Shown here: in pieces, positions 19,515-29,141 of the stretch | Layout of the letters: each line of letters opens with the position of its first letter | Position numbering within the stretch: position 1 is the stretch's first letter | Origin: Myxococcota bacterium | Lineage (GTDB): Bacteria > Myxococcota_A > UBA9160 > SZUA-336 | Direction: 5' to 3' | Length of the DNA: 64,000 nt | NCBI GenBank assembly: GCA_965247115.1 | Contig: CBDFGR010000002.1 | Coordinates: forward strand, 288,001 to 352,000 | Made by a program: the position numbers and the translations under genes | Notes under the pieces: generated by a model | What the model was told of the DNA's origin: nothing | Databases searched by the model: none | Seen by the model: only the letters and a program-made list of their open reading frames with translations

Positions 19515-20411
19515 ATGGCAAGTGAGGCTCTCGAGACAATCGTCGGAATGTTGCGCAGCGCGGGTCCTATCGAGGGGGGAAGCGTGCAGGAGATGCGCGC
19601 GGCCATGGAGGCCGGCAGTGCCGCCACCCCGGTTCCCGAGGGCGTGACGTTCAGCCCGGTCGATGCCGGTGGCGTCCCGGCCGAGTGGAACGACGCCGAA
19701 GGCGGGCGCCAGGACCACGTCCTCATCTACTTCCACGGTGGCGGCTACTGCATGGGTTCGCTGAGTACCCACCGGGGCCACACTGCGCGGATCTCGCGCC
19801 TCGCCAATCTCCGCGTACTCTCGGTGGACTACCGACTCGGCCCGGAGCACCCGCATCCGTCCGCGGTGCTGGACGCTGTTGCTGCCTACCGCTTCGTGCT
19901 GGATCAGGGAATCGCACCGAGCAAGATGGCGCTCGCGGGCGATTCCGCGGGTGGCGGACTCATGCTGGCGGCGCTGCTCGCGATCCGGGACCAGGACTTG
20001 CCGCTGCCCAGCTGCGGTGCGGGGATCTCCTCTTGGACCGATCTGACGGGTTCGGGTGATTCCATGAAGACCAGGGCCGACGAGGACCCGATGATCGGTG
20101 GCAGTGACGCCCTCCAGATCATGGTCGACGCGTACATCGGTGTGGACGGAGACCAGAAGGCTCCGCTCGCCTCGCCACTCTTCGCCGACCTCTCGGGCCT
20201 GCCTCCCCTGCTGCTCCAGGTCGGCACCGCGGAGGTCCTGCTCGACGATTCGACCCGCCTCGCAGAGCGCGCCAAAGCGGCCGGCGTGGATGTAACCCTG
20301 AAGGTGTGGCAGGACATGTTCCACGTCTGGCATGCGTTCGCCGAGATGCTGCCCGAGGGCATGGAGGCCACACAGGAGCTCGCCGACTATCTGAACGAGA
20401 GGCTCGGATAG
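19515..20411 (+). CDS. HSL-family alpha/beta hydrolase (esterase/lactone hydrolase)
   Basis: HGGGY, DYRLGPEHPHP, GDSAGG, EVLLDDS, MFHVW; SD AAGGAG. Confidence 0.94.
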   Translation: MASEALETIVGMLRSAGPIEGGSVQEMRAAMEAGSAATPVPEGVTFSPVDAGGVPAEWNDAEGGRQDHVLIYFHGGGYCMGSLSTHRGHTARISRLANLRVLSVDYRLGPEHPHPSAVLDAVAAYRFVLDQGIAPSKMALAGDSAGGGLMLAALLAIRDQDLPLPSCGAGISSWTDLTGSGDSMKTRADEDPMIGGSDALQIMVDAYIGVDGDQKAPLASPLFADLSGLPPLLLQVGTAEVLLDDSTRLAERAKAAGVDVTLKVWQDMFHVWHAFAEMLPEGMEATQELADYLNERLG

Positions 20412-20416
20412 AATCC

Positions 20417-20875
20417 CTATTGGCAGCTCCGAACGCCCAGGAGCTCGCTCCATTGATCCTCGGTCAATGAACCGTCCAGCTGTTGGACCTGACCTCGACG
20501 AGAAACGTGAGTCGCCGGCAGCCCGCCCCCAGTCAGGCTCCGAAACACGTCCCCCCGTGGATCGATCAGTACGTCGAGATCCAGCTCGTTCTCCCGGACG
20601 AAGTGCCTGACCTTCTTGACGTCCTCCCCTACGTTGACCGCCAGCACTTCGAAATCCGACCCGCAAGAGCTCGCGGCCAGCCTGCTCAGAATCTGGAGCT
20701 CCAGCTTACAAGGCGGACACCACGTGGCCCAGAAGTGGAGCACGATGTCCTGCTCGGGTGAGCCAATCGGCACGGTGACCGTCTTGCCGTCCAGATCCTC
20801 GAGGGACGCTGAGGGCCCGCTTGCAATGACAAGGGGCAGAGCAAGCAAGAGTGCGAGCCGCTTTCCACTCCTCAT
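20417..20875 (-). CDS. TlpA/ResA-family thiol-disulfide oxidoreductase, exported
   Basis: N-terminal signal, FWATWCPPC, AVNVGE, GLP cis-Pro. Confidence 0.9.
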   Translation of the reverse strand: MRSGKRLALLLALPLVIASGPSASLEDLDGKTVTVPIGSPEQDIVLHFWATWCPPCKLELQILSRLAASSCGSDFEVLAVNVGEDVKKVRHFVRENELDLDVLIDPRGDVFRSLTGGGLPATHVSRRGQVQQLDGSLTEDQWSELLGVRSCQ

Positions 20876-20890
20876 ACGGAACCACCCAGA

Positions 20891-21898
20891 CTAGAACGTG
20901 AAGCCGAGACCGGCCTGAAAGATGTATCCCTCCTGCTGATCTCCGTTCAACCCACCGCTCCCCAGCGGGATTCTGAGCCCCAAACGAAGTCGCGGAGAAC
21001 GCTCGCTGCCCAGGCTCCGTAGATCAAGCTCAAGGTACGGAGAGGCATAGAAGATGCCTCCGCCGCTGTCGCCGTACGACAAGCCGCGGAAGTCGTCCTT
21101 CTCGGCACGGCGATAGTTGAGCTCCAGAGCGCCCCGCACCTCGTTCGTACCGAACAGGCCCAGGTGTGCTGCGTCTGTCGTCCACGCGACGTTGGCCAGA
21201 AAGACATCCCCGTACTCGTAGTCGAGACCACCCTTGGAGTTGAAGCGATAGAACACGCTCGCGTACATGGAGCCGCGTTCGAAACGCTGAGTCCCAGCTA
21301 AGCCGAGCCCCCAATCCCAGGACCCGGTCCCGACTTGAAGGTGCGGGTCCAGAACTCCGCCGACTCGCTTCTCGTCCTGTCCGGTCGGTAGCTTCAGCAT
21401 CAGGCGACCCTCGAGCCAGCGTGACGGAAGCACCTCACGATTCCGCCAGAGAACCCCGGTGGCGTACAGGGATACGTCACCGAGTCCCGAGTTCCGCAAG
21501 TTGTGACTCGGCTCGTCATGGGGCATCTCTTCGATCCTGACCCAGCGGAACGGGACGCTGGCGGTCAAGGTCAGCCGGTCCACGGGGGTCCAGCTCGTGA
21601 AGAGCACCGTCTCGTGAGTCAGGTTCTCTTCTCGGTCGGGGCGTGAGGGGGAGTGTTCAGCGTCCTCGTGATGCTCCTCTTCCGCATCATGGTGAGGGAG
21701 GGCTCCGCTCTTCTTCCAGAACCTGCGATTCTCCACGTAGAGCTGGAGAGATCCAACCTGCTGTGCAGAAGCGCCCTCAGCCGAAAAAACGGGATCTCCA
21801 GGCTGACACACAGAGCAGCCCAGGGACGGAGTTGCGTAGCCGGCCCCAACGAAGCTAGAGATGCCTATAGCGAGGGTACGCGCAACCAAGCTGCGCAT
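20891..21898 (-). CDS. Outer-membrane beta-barrel transporter (Phenol_MetA_deg/SphA-like) with N-terminal CxxC and His-rich loop
   Basis: Signal peptide, CSVC, HHDAEEEHHEDAEH, GLGD, KLPTG, LQVGTGSWD, C-terminal Phe (GLGFTF). Confidence 0.75.
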   Translation of the reverse strand: MRSLVARTLAIGISSFVGAGYATPSLGCSVCQPGDPVFSAEGASAQQVGSLQLYVENRRFWKKSGALPHHDAEEEHHEDAEHSPSRPDREENLTHETVLFTSWTPVDRLTLTASVPFRWVRIEEMPHDEPSHNLRNSGLGDVSLYATGVLWRNREVLPSRWLEGRLMLKLPTGQDEKRVGGVLDPHLQVGTGSWDWGLGLAGTQRFERGSMYASVFYRFNSKGGLDYEYGDVFLANVAWTTDAAHLGLFGTNEVRGALELNYRRAEKDDFRGLSYGDSGGGIFYASPYLELDLRSLGSERSPRLRLGLRIPLGSGGLNGDQQEGYIFQAGLGFTF

Positions 21899-21978
21899 GG
21901 GTCTTCTCCTGTTCCCTGAGAGTTGGCGGTGCGTGGACCCGAGCCTCGAGCGAGGACCGGGGGCTCAACGCGCGGGAG

Positions 21979-22338
21979 TCAGGAAAGGGCGATCGGGACG
22001 TGCTCCGGTAACGCGACACTCCCAGCCGGCATCTCTCGTCGATACGGGACGTCGGCTGGGCGCGCTGGTTCTGGCTGCATCATCTCGGGCACCTGCGCGA
22101 GGATGAGCGGGAGCCGTGGGCCTGCTCCCGAGCTAGCAGATGTGGAACACCCGCACGGGCAGACGGCAGACATCGCCAGCAGATCCTCGTCCGTGTGTGC
22201 CCCGTGGTGGGCGGCGACCCCGGCTGCCTGAACGCTCTCGGTGTGAAACGCCGGCGTGGACGGCGGGCATGGCATCAGCGCAGCGACGAGCAAAGCTGCC
22301 ATCGCGATCGCTGCCGGGAGCTGGGGACACGGACGCAT
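21979..22338 (-). CDS. Small DUF2946/CruR-like leader protein (signal anchor, His cluster, CPCGC, Pro-rich C-terminus)
   Basis: Hydrophobic N-terminus, AAHHGAH, VCPCGC, terminal LPEHVPIALS; directly upstream of the barrel gene. Confidence 0.65.
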   Translation of the reverse strand: MRPCPQLPAAIAMAALLVAALMPCPPSTPAFHTESVQAAGVAAHHGAHTDEDLLAMSAVCPCGCSTSASSGAGPRLPLILAQVPEMMQPEPARPADVPYRREMPAGSVALPEHVPIALS

Positions 22339-22425
22339 GTCTCAGCGTAGATCGCGAGAGACTTCGACGTCAAACCCACCGAGTCCGTTCCCGACAGATC
22401 GCGACCGCGAGTCGCCCACCGGGGC

Positions 22426-23478
22426 TCAGGGGACGACGCGTGGCGCACTGAAGTCGCTGAAGTCCCCCCACGTTGCCCGCCACATCGATCGCAGCAGCGG
22501 CGCGATGCGGCCGCCGCGTCGCCGGGCGTACCGCTCGGCGGGCCCCGTCCTGCGCCCGCCGGCGTCGTAGGCCGCGCGGATGCCCCAGAGGCCCTGATCG
22601 GGTGGGTCGCCGGGTAGCCCGTACCGCAGATCGTCGATTTCGACGACCGCCGAGTCACTCGTGGCGCGGACCCTCCAGGAAATCTCGCCCATCGCAAACA
22701 AGCGGAAAACCCGACCCCGCCAGCTACTCAGCAAGTCCTCGGCACGCGGATCGGGCGCCGGCGCGGCGAAGCTCTCCCACCAAGGCTCGCCCGGACGCCA
22801 GGGCGTGTAGAGCCCTACGCGGATCTCGTCGGGTGTGCGCGCCACGAAGCGCCGGAGCCAGGGCTGGAACATCGTCGGATAGACACGGACGCTCGCGTCC
22901 TCGAGCCCCTCCGCGGCGAGAGTGCGGCGCAGATCCCGCTCCGCTGCGGCATTCAGGAGGACGCCGTAGCCCAGGTACAGGGTGGAGAAGGCAAGCGCGA
23001 TCGTCGCAGCAGTGCGCGCGCGTGCGGCAGAGACCCTGCCAGCGACCAGGCCCAGCGCGAGCATCGCCGAGTAGATCGGATCGATGATGCCGACGCCATT
23101 CCACGCAAAGCGTTCGCGCGAGAACGGGGCAAAGAGCTGGGTTCCGTAGGGAGTGAAGACGTCGAGGAGCGGGTGCGTGAAGAGCACCAGCACGCAGAGC
23201 CCAATCCATGTGCCGAGCCTTGCCTGGGCTCCGTCCCGCCAGCGCCACAGACACCACCCAAGGAGCGACCCCGCGACGGGCCCGAACCAGAGCGCATGGG
23301 TCGTGCCCCGGTGATAGATCATCTCGCCAAAGCCGCCGTGAAGCGGCGCCGCGATCACGTCGAGGTCTGGCAGCATCCCGATCAGCGCACCCCAGCCGAG
23401 CGCGCGCCGCCCGAGCGAACGAGCGAACCCGGCCTGGCCGATGGCGGCGCCGAGCAACCCCTGAGTGATCGGCTCCAC
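22426..23478 (-). CDS. YdjM-family membrane-bound metal-dependent hydrolase
   Basis: MEPITQGLLGA, LPDLD, HRGTTH, THPLLDVFTPYGT, IIDPIY. Confidence 0.9.
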   Translation of the reverse strand: MEPITQGLLGAAIGQAGFARSLGRRALGWGALIGMLPDLDVIAAPLHGGFGEMIYHRGTTHALWFGPVAGSLLGWCLWRWRDGAQARLGTWIGLCVLVLFTHPLLDVFTPYGTQLFAPFSRERFAWNGVGIIDPIYSAMLALGLVAGRVSAARARTAATIALAFSTLYLGYGVLLNAAAERDLRRTLAAEGLEDASVRVYPTMFQPWLRRFVARTPDEIRVGLYTPWRPGEPWWESFAAPAPDPRAEDLLSSWRGRVFRLFAMGEISWRVRATSDSAVVEIDDLRYGLPGDPPDQGLWGIRAAYDAGGRRTGPAERYARRRGGRIAPLLRSMWRATWGDFSDFSAPRVVP

Positions 23479-23554
23479 GACCGGCGGAGACTAGTGCATG
23501 GGTTGCGTCTCCACCCGGATGAGAGCGGTGGACTTGTGCGCTCGCCGTAGGGGG

Positions 23555-24850
23555 TCACAGCAGCAGATCTCTGGCGTGAGGATTGAGGAAGCGGCCCTGG
23601 GGGTCGAGCTCCTGACGGACCTTCTGGAATTCGCTCCACATCGGGTAGAGCGCTTCGAGATCCGCGGCGCCGAGACTGTGGATCTTGCCCCAGTGAGGCC
23701 GGCCCTTGTAGTTGCGGAAGATGGCCTCGACGTCGGCGAAGAACGCTTCATGGGGGAGCTCCGCCGCCTGATGCGCCGAAATCGAGACGGTCGGACGCCC
23801 GTAGGCCTGGCTCAGGAAGATGTCGTCGGCCGCTACGGTTCGGTACTCGAGCGGCCAGTCGATTTCTCTGTACTTGCCGAGCATGAGCTGACGCAGCTCG
23901 GCCAGGCACTCGGGTCCCCGCTCCGCTGGCACCGAGTACTCGATCTCGTTGAAGAGCGTGTTGCGCGGGGATGGGAAGATCTCGTCACTCCAGCCAATGC
24001 GCTCGCCAACGAGCTTCTCCTTGTCCTCGTAGTGCTCGAGATCCTCCGTCGCGTCGGTGAGGTTGAGGGCCTTCATCAGGCACGCATCGCGCTCCGACAC
24101 CCAAAAGAACTCGAAGTGACGATTCGCCTGAATTCGATCGGCCAGCTGCGCGACGCAGTCCTCGTAGGGGGCGATCCAGGTCCGTTCGTGAAGCCGGAAG
24201 GCGGATACGAGCTGCATACGAACGTGAGTGATGATCCCGAGAACGCCGAGGGAGACCTGCGCGGCTCTGAGCACGTCGGGCCGCTCCCGAGTCGAGCACT
24301 CGACCATGTCCCCGTCGGCGGTCACGAGGCGCAGCCCCACGACACGAGTCGAAAGGTTGCCCACATCCTTCCCCGTGCCATGAGTCCCGGTGGCGATGGC
24401 GCCGGCGACGGCCTGGCGGTCGATGTCGGGAAGCGCCTCCATGGCGAGGCCGGCTTTGCGAAACGGCTTGCCCAGGTGATAGAGCTTGCTGCCCGCCAGA
24501 ACGGTGGCCTCGCTTCGCTCCGCGTCGATCGACTCGATGCCGCGCAGGCGGCTGAGCACCATCGCCATCCCATCGGTAGCACACAAGGGAACGAACGAGT
24601 GCCCGCTGCCCACGGCGCGCACCGTGTACTGAGCTTCGGCGGCCTTGCGCACCGCCGTGATCACGTCGTCGACGCTGGCCGGCCTGGCGATCTCCTGCGG
24701 GGAGAACTGGACCGAGTCCGACCAGTTCGACCACTCGTGGGCGACTGCGGCCCGGGGAGCGAGTGGGTACCCGAGCGTCGCCGCCGCGACGCTGGCGCTG
24801 CGCAGGAGCTCCCGCCGCGTAAGCTCCGGCTCCTTCGTCCGGCCCCTCAC
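23555..24850 (-). CDS. Tat-exported FAD-linked oxidase, D-arabinono-1,4-lactone oxidase family (SphC-like)
   Basis: Twin-Arg TRRELL signal, WSNWS, GSGHSF, ATGTHGTG, EIEY, RPHWGK, LDPQGRFLN. Confidence 0.9.
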   Translation of the reverse strand: MRGRTKEPELTRRELLRSASVAAATLGYPLAPRAAVAHEWSNWSDSVQFSPQEIARPASVDDVITAVRKAAEAQYTVRAVGSGHSFVPLCATDGMAMVLSRLRGIESIDAERSEATVLAGSKLYHLGKPFRKAGLAMEALPDIDRQAVAGAIATGTHGTGKDVGNLSTRVVGLRLVTADGDMVECSTRERPDVLRAAQVSLGVLGIITHVRMQLVSAFRLHERTWIAPYEDCVAQLADRIQANRHFEFFWVSERDACLMKALNLTDATEDLEHYEDKEKLVGERIGWSDEIFPSPRNTLFNEIEYSVPAERGPECLAELRQLMLGKYREIDWPLEYRTVAADDIFLSQAYGRPTVSISAHQAAELPHEAFFADVEAIFRNYKGRPHWGKIHSLGAADLEALYPMWSEFQKVRQELDPQGRFLNPHARDLLL

Positions 24851-26088
24851 TGGGATCGGCCGCGAGCGCTGATGGGCCAGAGCTCGCGCACGGTGTCGTT
24901 CCGGTAGGGGTGGTAGACGTCGTACAGGTTCACCGTTGGATCGCAGTGGGACACGATGAGTTGCGCTTTCTGGCCGATCTGCAGCGGGCGCTCGGAGCTG
25001 GTGAACTGCACGATTCCATGCTCGTCGCCGCCGTAGAAGTACGTGAGTCCCTCGAGGTCGCGGAACCGCGGCTTGGCTTCCGGCTCGTGGGCGAACGCCT
25101 TGAACCCGGCGTCAATCGTGATGAGCTCTGGTACCGGCTGGCTGATGGCGGTGGAGAGGACGAAGAGCGACGGAAGGAAAGCGTCGAAAACCTCGCTATC
25201 GACATCGCCGATGGCCCGGTACTGGACGTCCATGAACACGTACGAGCCGAGCTGCAGGTCCGTCATGCCCTCGACCTGGTCATCGATGTCGTACGTGCCG
25301 GTGCCGCCGCCTGAGACCACCTCGATCCCGAACCCCGCTCGCTCGAGGAGGCGTCGGGTCTCGAGGCAGGGCTCCAGCGACTCGAGTGAGCGCCGTTTGC
25401 GCTCCTCGTAACCTTTGACGTGCATGACGTGACCTGCGTAAGCCTGCAGACCATCGAGCTGCAGCGCCTGACTCCCGCCGATCTTCTGGGCCAGGTCCAG
25501 CGCAGCCTTGCCGGGGGCGATGCCGGTGCGTCGCGTGCCGGTATCGAGATCGATGAGAACACGCAGTTGAACGCCCGCGGCCTGTGCCGCCTCGTCGAAG
25601 TCCTGCACGTTCTTGGCGTGGTCCACAACGATTTGCAGTCCCGGTGTCTTGCCTGCCAGGGCGACGACGCGCCGGATCTTGGTCGGAGTGACGACGGGCG
25701 AGGTGATCAGGACATTGTCGATCCCCGTTTCGACCATCACCTCGGCCTCGCTCAGCTTCGCCGCGCACACGCCGATGGCGCCGAGCTCGATTTGTCGCTT
25801 CGCCAGGATCGGGCACTTGTGTGTCTTGACGTGGGGACGGAGCGCCACGCGTTTGCCCTCAAAGTGGCGTGCCATCTTGGCCAGATTGTGGTCGAGGGCA
25901 TCGAGATCGATCAGCAGCGCGGGCGTCTGGACGTCTGCCACGGACAGCGGCGTGGACAGCTCGAGCGGCTCGTGGAGGGGCGTCGACCTGCCGACGGGCG
26001 CTGCGCCCACACTCCGCGCGCCCAGGGCCGCGAATCCCGCTACCGCTCCGCCGACGAAGGCACGTCGAGAGAGCGCGCGTTCAGTCAT
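24847..26088 (-). CDS. Tat-exported DSD1-family PLP enzyme (D-threonine aldolase-like, SphD-like)
   Basis: SRRAFVG twin-Arg signal, TPALLID, RPHVKTHK (PLP Lys), QAYAGH, GGGTGT, GSYVFMD, DEHG, HCDPTVN. Confidence 0.9.
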   Translation of the reverse strand: MTERALSRRAFVGGAVAGFAALGARSVGAAPVGRSTPLHEPLELSTPLSVADVQTPALLIDLDALDHNLAKMARHFEGKRVALRPHVKTHKCPILAKRQIELGAIGVCAAKLSEAEVMVETGIDNVLITSPVVTPTKIRRVVALAGKTPGLQIVVDHAKNVQDFDEAAQAAGVQLRVLIDLDTGTRRTGIAPGKAALDLAQKIGGSQALQLDGLQAYAGHVMHVKGYEERKRRSLESLEPCLETRRLLERAGFGIEVVSGGGTGTYDIDDQVEGMTDLQLGSYVFMDVQYRAIGDVDSEVFDAFLPSLFVLSTAISQPVPELITIDAGFKAFAHEPEAKPRFRDLEGLTYFYGGDEHGIVQFTSSERPLQIGQKAQLIVSHCDPTVNLYDVYHPYRNDTVRELWPISARGRSQ

Positions 26089-26512
26089 TGGACGGTCCGC
26101 CCCGGTCGGGCCTGGCTCCCCTCCAGGAGCCGAAGCTGGCCGCCTCTGCAATCCAGCGCCTGAGGATCTGTCTCTGTTCCTGGGAGAGCGCGTTGCCATC
26201 TACTGGCATGAAGTCGAAGTCTTCCGTGGGCAGCCCGGTCCGGATGTAGAGGGAGCTCTCGTCCGGCTGGCCGGGAACCACTACCGGGCCGAGATCGCCA
26301 CCCCGCAGGATCCCCTCGGGAGAATCGAGACGCAGATTCGCGTAGTGCTGCAGCCCGTGGCAGGAGACACAGCTCTGCTCGAGGATTGGCCAGACCTGCT
26401 GTTCGAAGCTGACTGGCTCCTTCCCGGCTGCGAGAGTACCCAGACCGAGACCCAGCAGGGTGGCCGTTCTCCGCAGCAAGGTCGCACTGTGGCTTGCGAA
26501 GGAGTTCTTCAT
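26081..26512 (-). CDS. Monoheme c-type cytochrome (planctomycete cytochrome c-like domain), exported
   Basis: Signal-like N-terminus, VSFEQQVWPILEQSCVSCHG, LRLD, VVPGQPDESSL, MP, ILRRWI; stop overlaps the DSD1 start (ATGACTGA). Confidence 0.85.
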   Translation of the reverse strand: MKNSFASHSATLLRRTATLLGLGLGTLAAGKEPVSFEQQVWPILEQSCVSCHGLQHYANLRLDSPEGILRGGDLGPVVVPGQPDESSLYIRTGLPTEDFDFMPVDGNALSQEQRQILRRWIAEAASFGSWRGARPDRGGPSND

Positions 26513-26573
26513 CGATCGCAGCTGAGCCACTCCAGAGGGGCTTGACGAAGAGTCGGAGGCAACCCTCCCGGCT

Positions 26574-26972
26574 CTAGCCGGTCCCGGCCATCGCCGCCTC
26601 GATCTTGTGGCCGTCCGGATCGCGCACGAAGCAGCCGTAGTAGTCCTCGCCGTAGTCCGGGCGCGGACCCGGCCCCCCATCGTCCCGGGCGCCCGCGCTG
26701 ATGGCCGCATCGTGGAAGGCCTGCACCTCCTCCTTCGAGGTTGCGATGAACCCGACGTGGCTTCCGTTGGCTGGCGCGGCCGGCTGCCCGTCGGAAGGAC
26801 TCTGCACCCAGAACTCCGGGAACTGCTTGCCGTAGGCAACCGCTCCGGGAAAGTCCAACACGCGCTTGCAGCCGAGAGTTGCCAGCACTCGATCGTAAAA
26901 GGCCGTCGCCCGCTCGAAGTCGTTCGTGCCAATGGAGATGTGCGATAGGATGCTCGGATTCTCGTCAGGCAT
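26574..26972 (-). CDS. VOC family protein
   Basis: SHISIGTNDFERATAFYD, NGSHVGF, DDGGPGPRPDYG, FVRDPDGHKIEA. Confidence 0.92.
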   Translation of the reverse strand: MPDENPSILSHISIGTNDFERATAFYDRVLATLGCKRVLDFPGAVAYGKQFPEFWVQSPSDGQPAAPANGSHVGFIATSKEEVQAFHDAAISAGARDDGGPGPRPDYGEDYYGCFVRDPDGHKIEAAMAGTG

Positions 26973-27175
26973 GCTCTCCACCCGTCAGCTGTCGGACAAC
27001 CATCCCTGCCCGGTGGGGTGAGCGTACACTACCATCTGCTATTCCCCCTCGCAGACGAAGCTGGCTTCGTCATCGCTGCTCCCGTCACCCCTGTAAGCCA
27101 TCACTTGCGGATGCGGCTGTCGGCTCGCTACTCCGTTCGGTGCAGAAAACGCTCGTATCGCCTGGCTTGACGCGG

Positions 27176-28075
27176 TCAGCTCTTCCGGTTGGTCTCGAGC
27201 ATCTGGGCTGCGCGACCGAGGTAGTCGTTCAGCTGCTTGTCGTGGCGGCTCGTGGCTCCTGGGTTGCGTTCGCGTGAGTACGGCGCCCACCGGGGCAAGG
27301 CGCCCTCCGGCCGATCACCCATCACGGTCACACGCTGGATGATCCGCTCTTCGGCGAAGTCGTTGACCAGGAAGTGCTGTGTGCAGCGGTTGTCCCATAC
27401 CGCCACGGTCCCCTTCGTCCAGTGATAGCGAACCGTGAAGCGCGGATTCGAGACCCACTTCGTGAGATAGCCGAGCAAGAGATCGCTCTCCTCTTGACTC
27501 AGCTCGACGATCCGGCGCGTGAAGTGCTCGTTCACGAACAGCGACTTCCGCTTCGTAACGGGATGCACGCGCACTACCGGATGCACCGTCATCAACTCCG
27601 GCTTGCCGTGTGGCGACGCGTCGTGCAGCGCCGTCAGCCCCTCGCACAGATCCCGGAGCGGTGCGGAGAGCTCTTCGAATGCCAGGTACATGTTCGCCCA
27701 CATCGTGTCCCCGCCGACCTCGGGACAGCGCACCATGTTCAGGATCGAGCAGACCGACGGCTGGGCCTGGAACGTAATGTCGCTGTGCCATTCGTCCGCG
27801 ATCCCACCCCGACTGGCCGCAAGCTCGAAGACCTCGTCGTGCTCCGTGAACGGATTCCGCAGATTTGGATGCCCCTCGAGCGGCCCGAAGTGCCGCCCAA
27901 ACGCCACGTGCTCGTCGATCGTCAAATGCTGCTCCGGAAAGAGCAAAACGAGGTGCTCCGTGAGAAGCGACTGGACCTCGTCCACGTCCGCCTCGTCTGC
28001 GCTCCCCAGCGAGATCCCCCGGACCTCCGCCCCCAGAGCCGGCGCCAGCCGTGCAGCCTCTAGCTTCCTGTCCAT
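27176..28075 (-). CDS. TauD-family dioxygenase
   Basis: WHSDITF, GGDTMWAN, HPVVRVHP, WDNRCTQH. Confidence 0.93.
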   Translation of the reverse strand: MDRKLEAARLAPALGAEVRGISLGSADEADVDEVQSLLTEHLVLLFPEQHLTIDEHVAFGRHFGPLEGHPNLRNPFTEHDEVFELAASRGGIADEWHSDITFQAQPSVCSILNMVRCPEVGGDTMWANMYLAFEELSAPLRDLCEGLTALHDASPHGKPELMTVHPVVRVHPVTKRKSLFVNEHFTRRIVELSQEESDLLLGYLTKWVSNPRFTVRYHWTKGTVAVWDNRCTQHFLVNDFAEERIIQRVTVMGDRPEGALPRWAPYSRERNPGATSRHDKQLNDYLGRAAQMLETNRKS

Positions 28076-28250
28076 GGCAGGCTCCTTCTCGAGCTCGTCG
28101 AATGCGTCACCCTAGCAGGTTCCGGCGGTCGGCCGCCCGTGCCGCGATGCGCGACTGCTCAAGACAATCCCTACATCGCGAGCGGCCGCGTCTACGAAGT
28201 CATGAGGGGGAACTAGCGAGCGGTCGATCCCAGGCCCCTCCACGAGGATC

Positions 28251-29141
28251 TCAACCCTCGATCAGCCGGCCCCGTTCGTCGCGTAGCTCTGGACCTTCGA
28301 CGCGGGCGCGACCGTCACCGAATTTCTCGTCTCGCGCCTGTAGCGCCGCGCGAAGTCCTTGCTCTTGCGCAGTGACCTGGAACTCGCGAGCGCTCGGGGC
28401 CAGGTGTGCCCGGGCGTCGTTCTCGCACGCGATCCGCTGGAGCGTGCGCGCCCCCATCAGCTCGAGACCGACGTTGATGATCCGCTTGTTCGCAGAGAGC
28501 AGCGCCGGATCGATCTTTTCGAGCCGATCCAGCAGGCCTTCGACCTCCTGCTCCAGGAGATCCGCCGGTACCGCCTTGAGCACCAACCCGATCTTTGCCG
28601 CCTCTGCCCCGGTGACGGTGTCCCCCGTCAGCGTGAGCCGCTTGGCCCACTGCGGGCCGACGTTATAGAGCCACATGTTGTTCGGAAGCGCGCCAAGGTC
28701 GCGCGCCGGCGGGAAGCCAAAGACTGCATCGTCCGCGGCAATCACCATGTCGCACAGGAGGGCCACATCGGTGCCTCCTGCCAGGCAGTAGCCGTGCACC
28801 TGGGCGATGACGGGCTTGTGCATGTCGAAGATGGCCATGCGCAGGCGCTGTGCGCGCTCGAGCTGCCAGGTGTCGTCGTCGAAGCTGCGCGCACCTCGAT
28901 GCCGCGAGTCGTCTCCGTTACTCCTCGGACGGGGCGTCAAGTCGTAGCCAGCGCTGAAGGCCCGGCCCCGGCCGCGCACGACGACGGCGTGAACCTGGGT
29001 GTCGTTGTCGGCCGCCCACAGCGCCTCGTTCAACTCCTCGAGCAGCTCGCCGGACAGCGCGTTCAGCTTCTCCGGCCGGTTGAGCGTGATGCGGGCACGG
29101 CCGCGTTCGACCTCGTAGAGGATGGTCCGGAAATCGCTCAT
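28251..29141 (-). CDS. Enoyl-CoA hydratase/crotonase family protein
   Basis: ITLNRPEKLNAL, FSAGYD, KPVIAQVHGYCLAGG. Confidence 0.93.
   Translation of the reverse strand: MSDFRTILYEVERGRARITLNRPEKLNALSGELLEELNEALWAADNDTQVHAVVVRGRGRAFSAGYDLTPRPRSNGDDSRHRGARSFDDDTWQLERAQRLRMAIFDMHKPVIAQVHGYCLAGGTDVALLCDMVIAADDAVFGFPPARDLGALPNNMWLYNVGPQWAKRLTLTGDTVTGAEAAKIGLVLKAVPADLLEQEVEGLLDRLEKIDPALLSANKRIINVGLELMGARTLQRIACENDARAHLAPSAREFQVTAQEQGLRAALQARDEKFGDGRARVEGPELRDERGRLIEG

Noticed and set aside
18491..19726. Extended starts in the ORF track for TauD, fhs, the cytochrome c, DMFase and others
   Set aside because: The extensions overlap neighbouring genes and lack family similarity; starts were trimmed.
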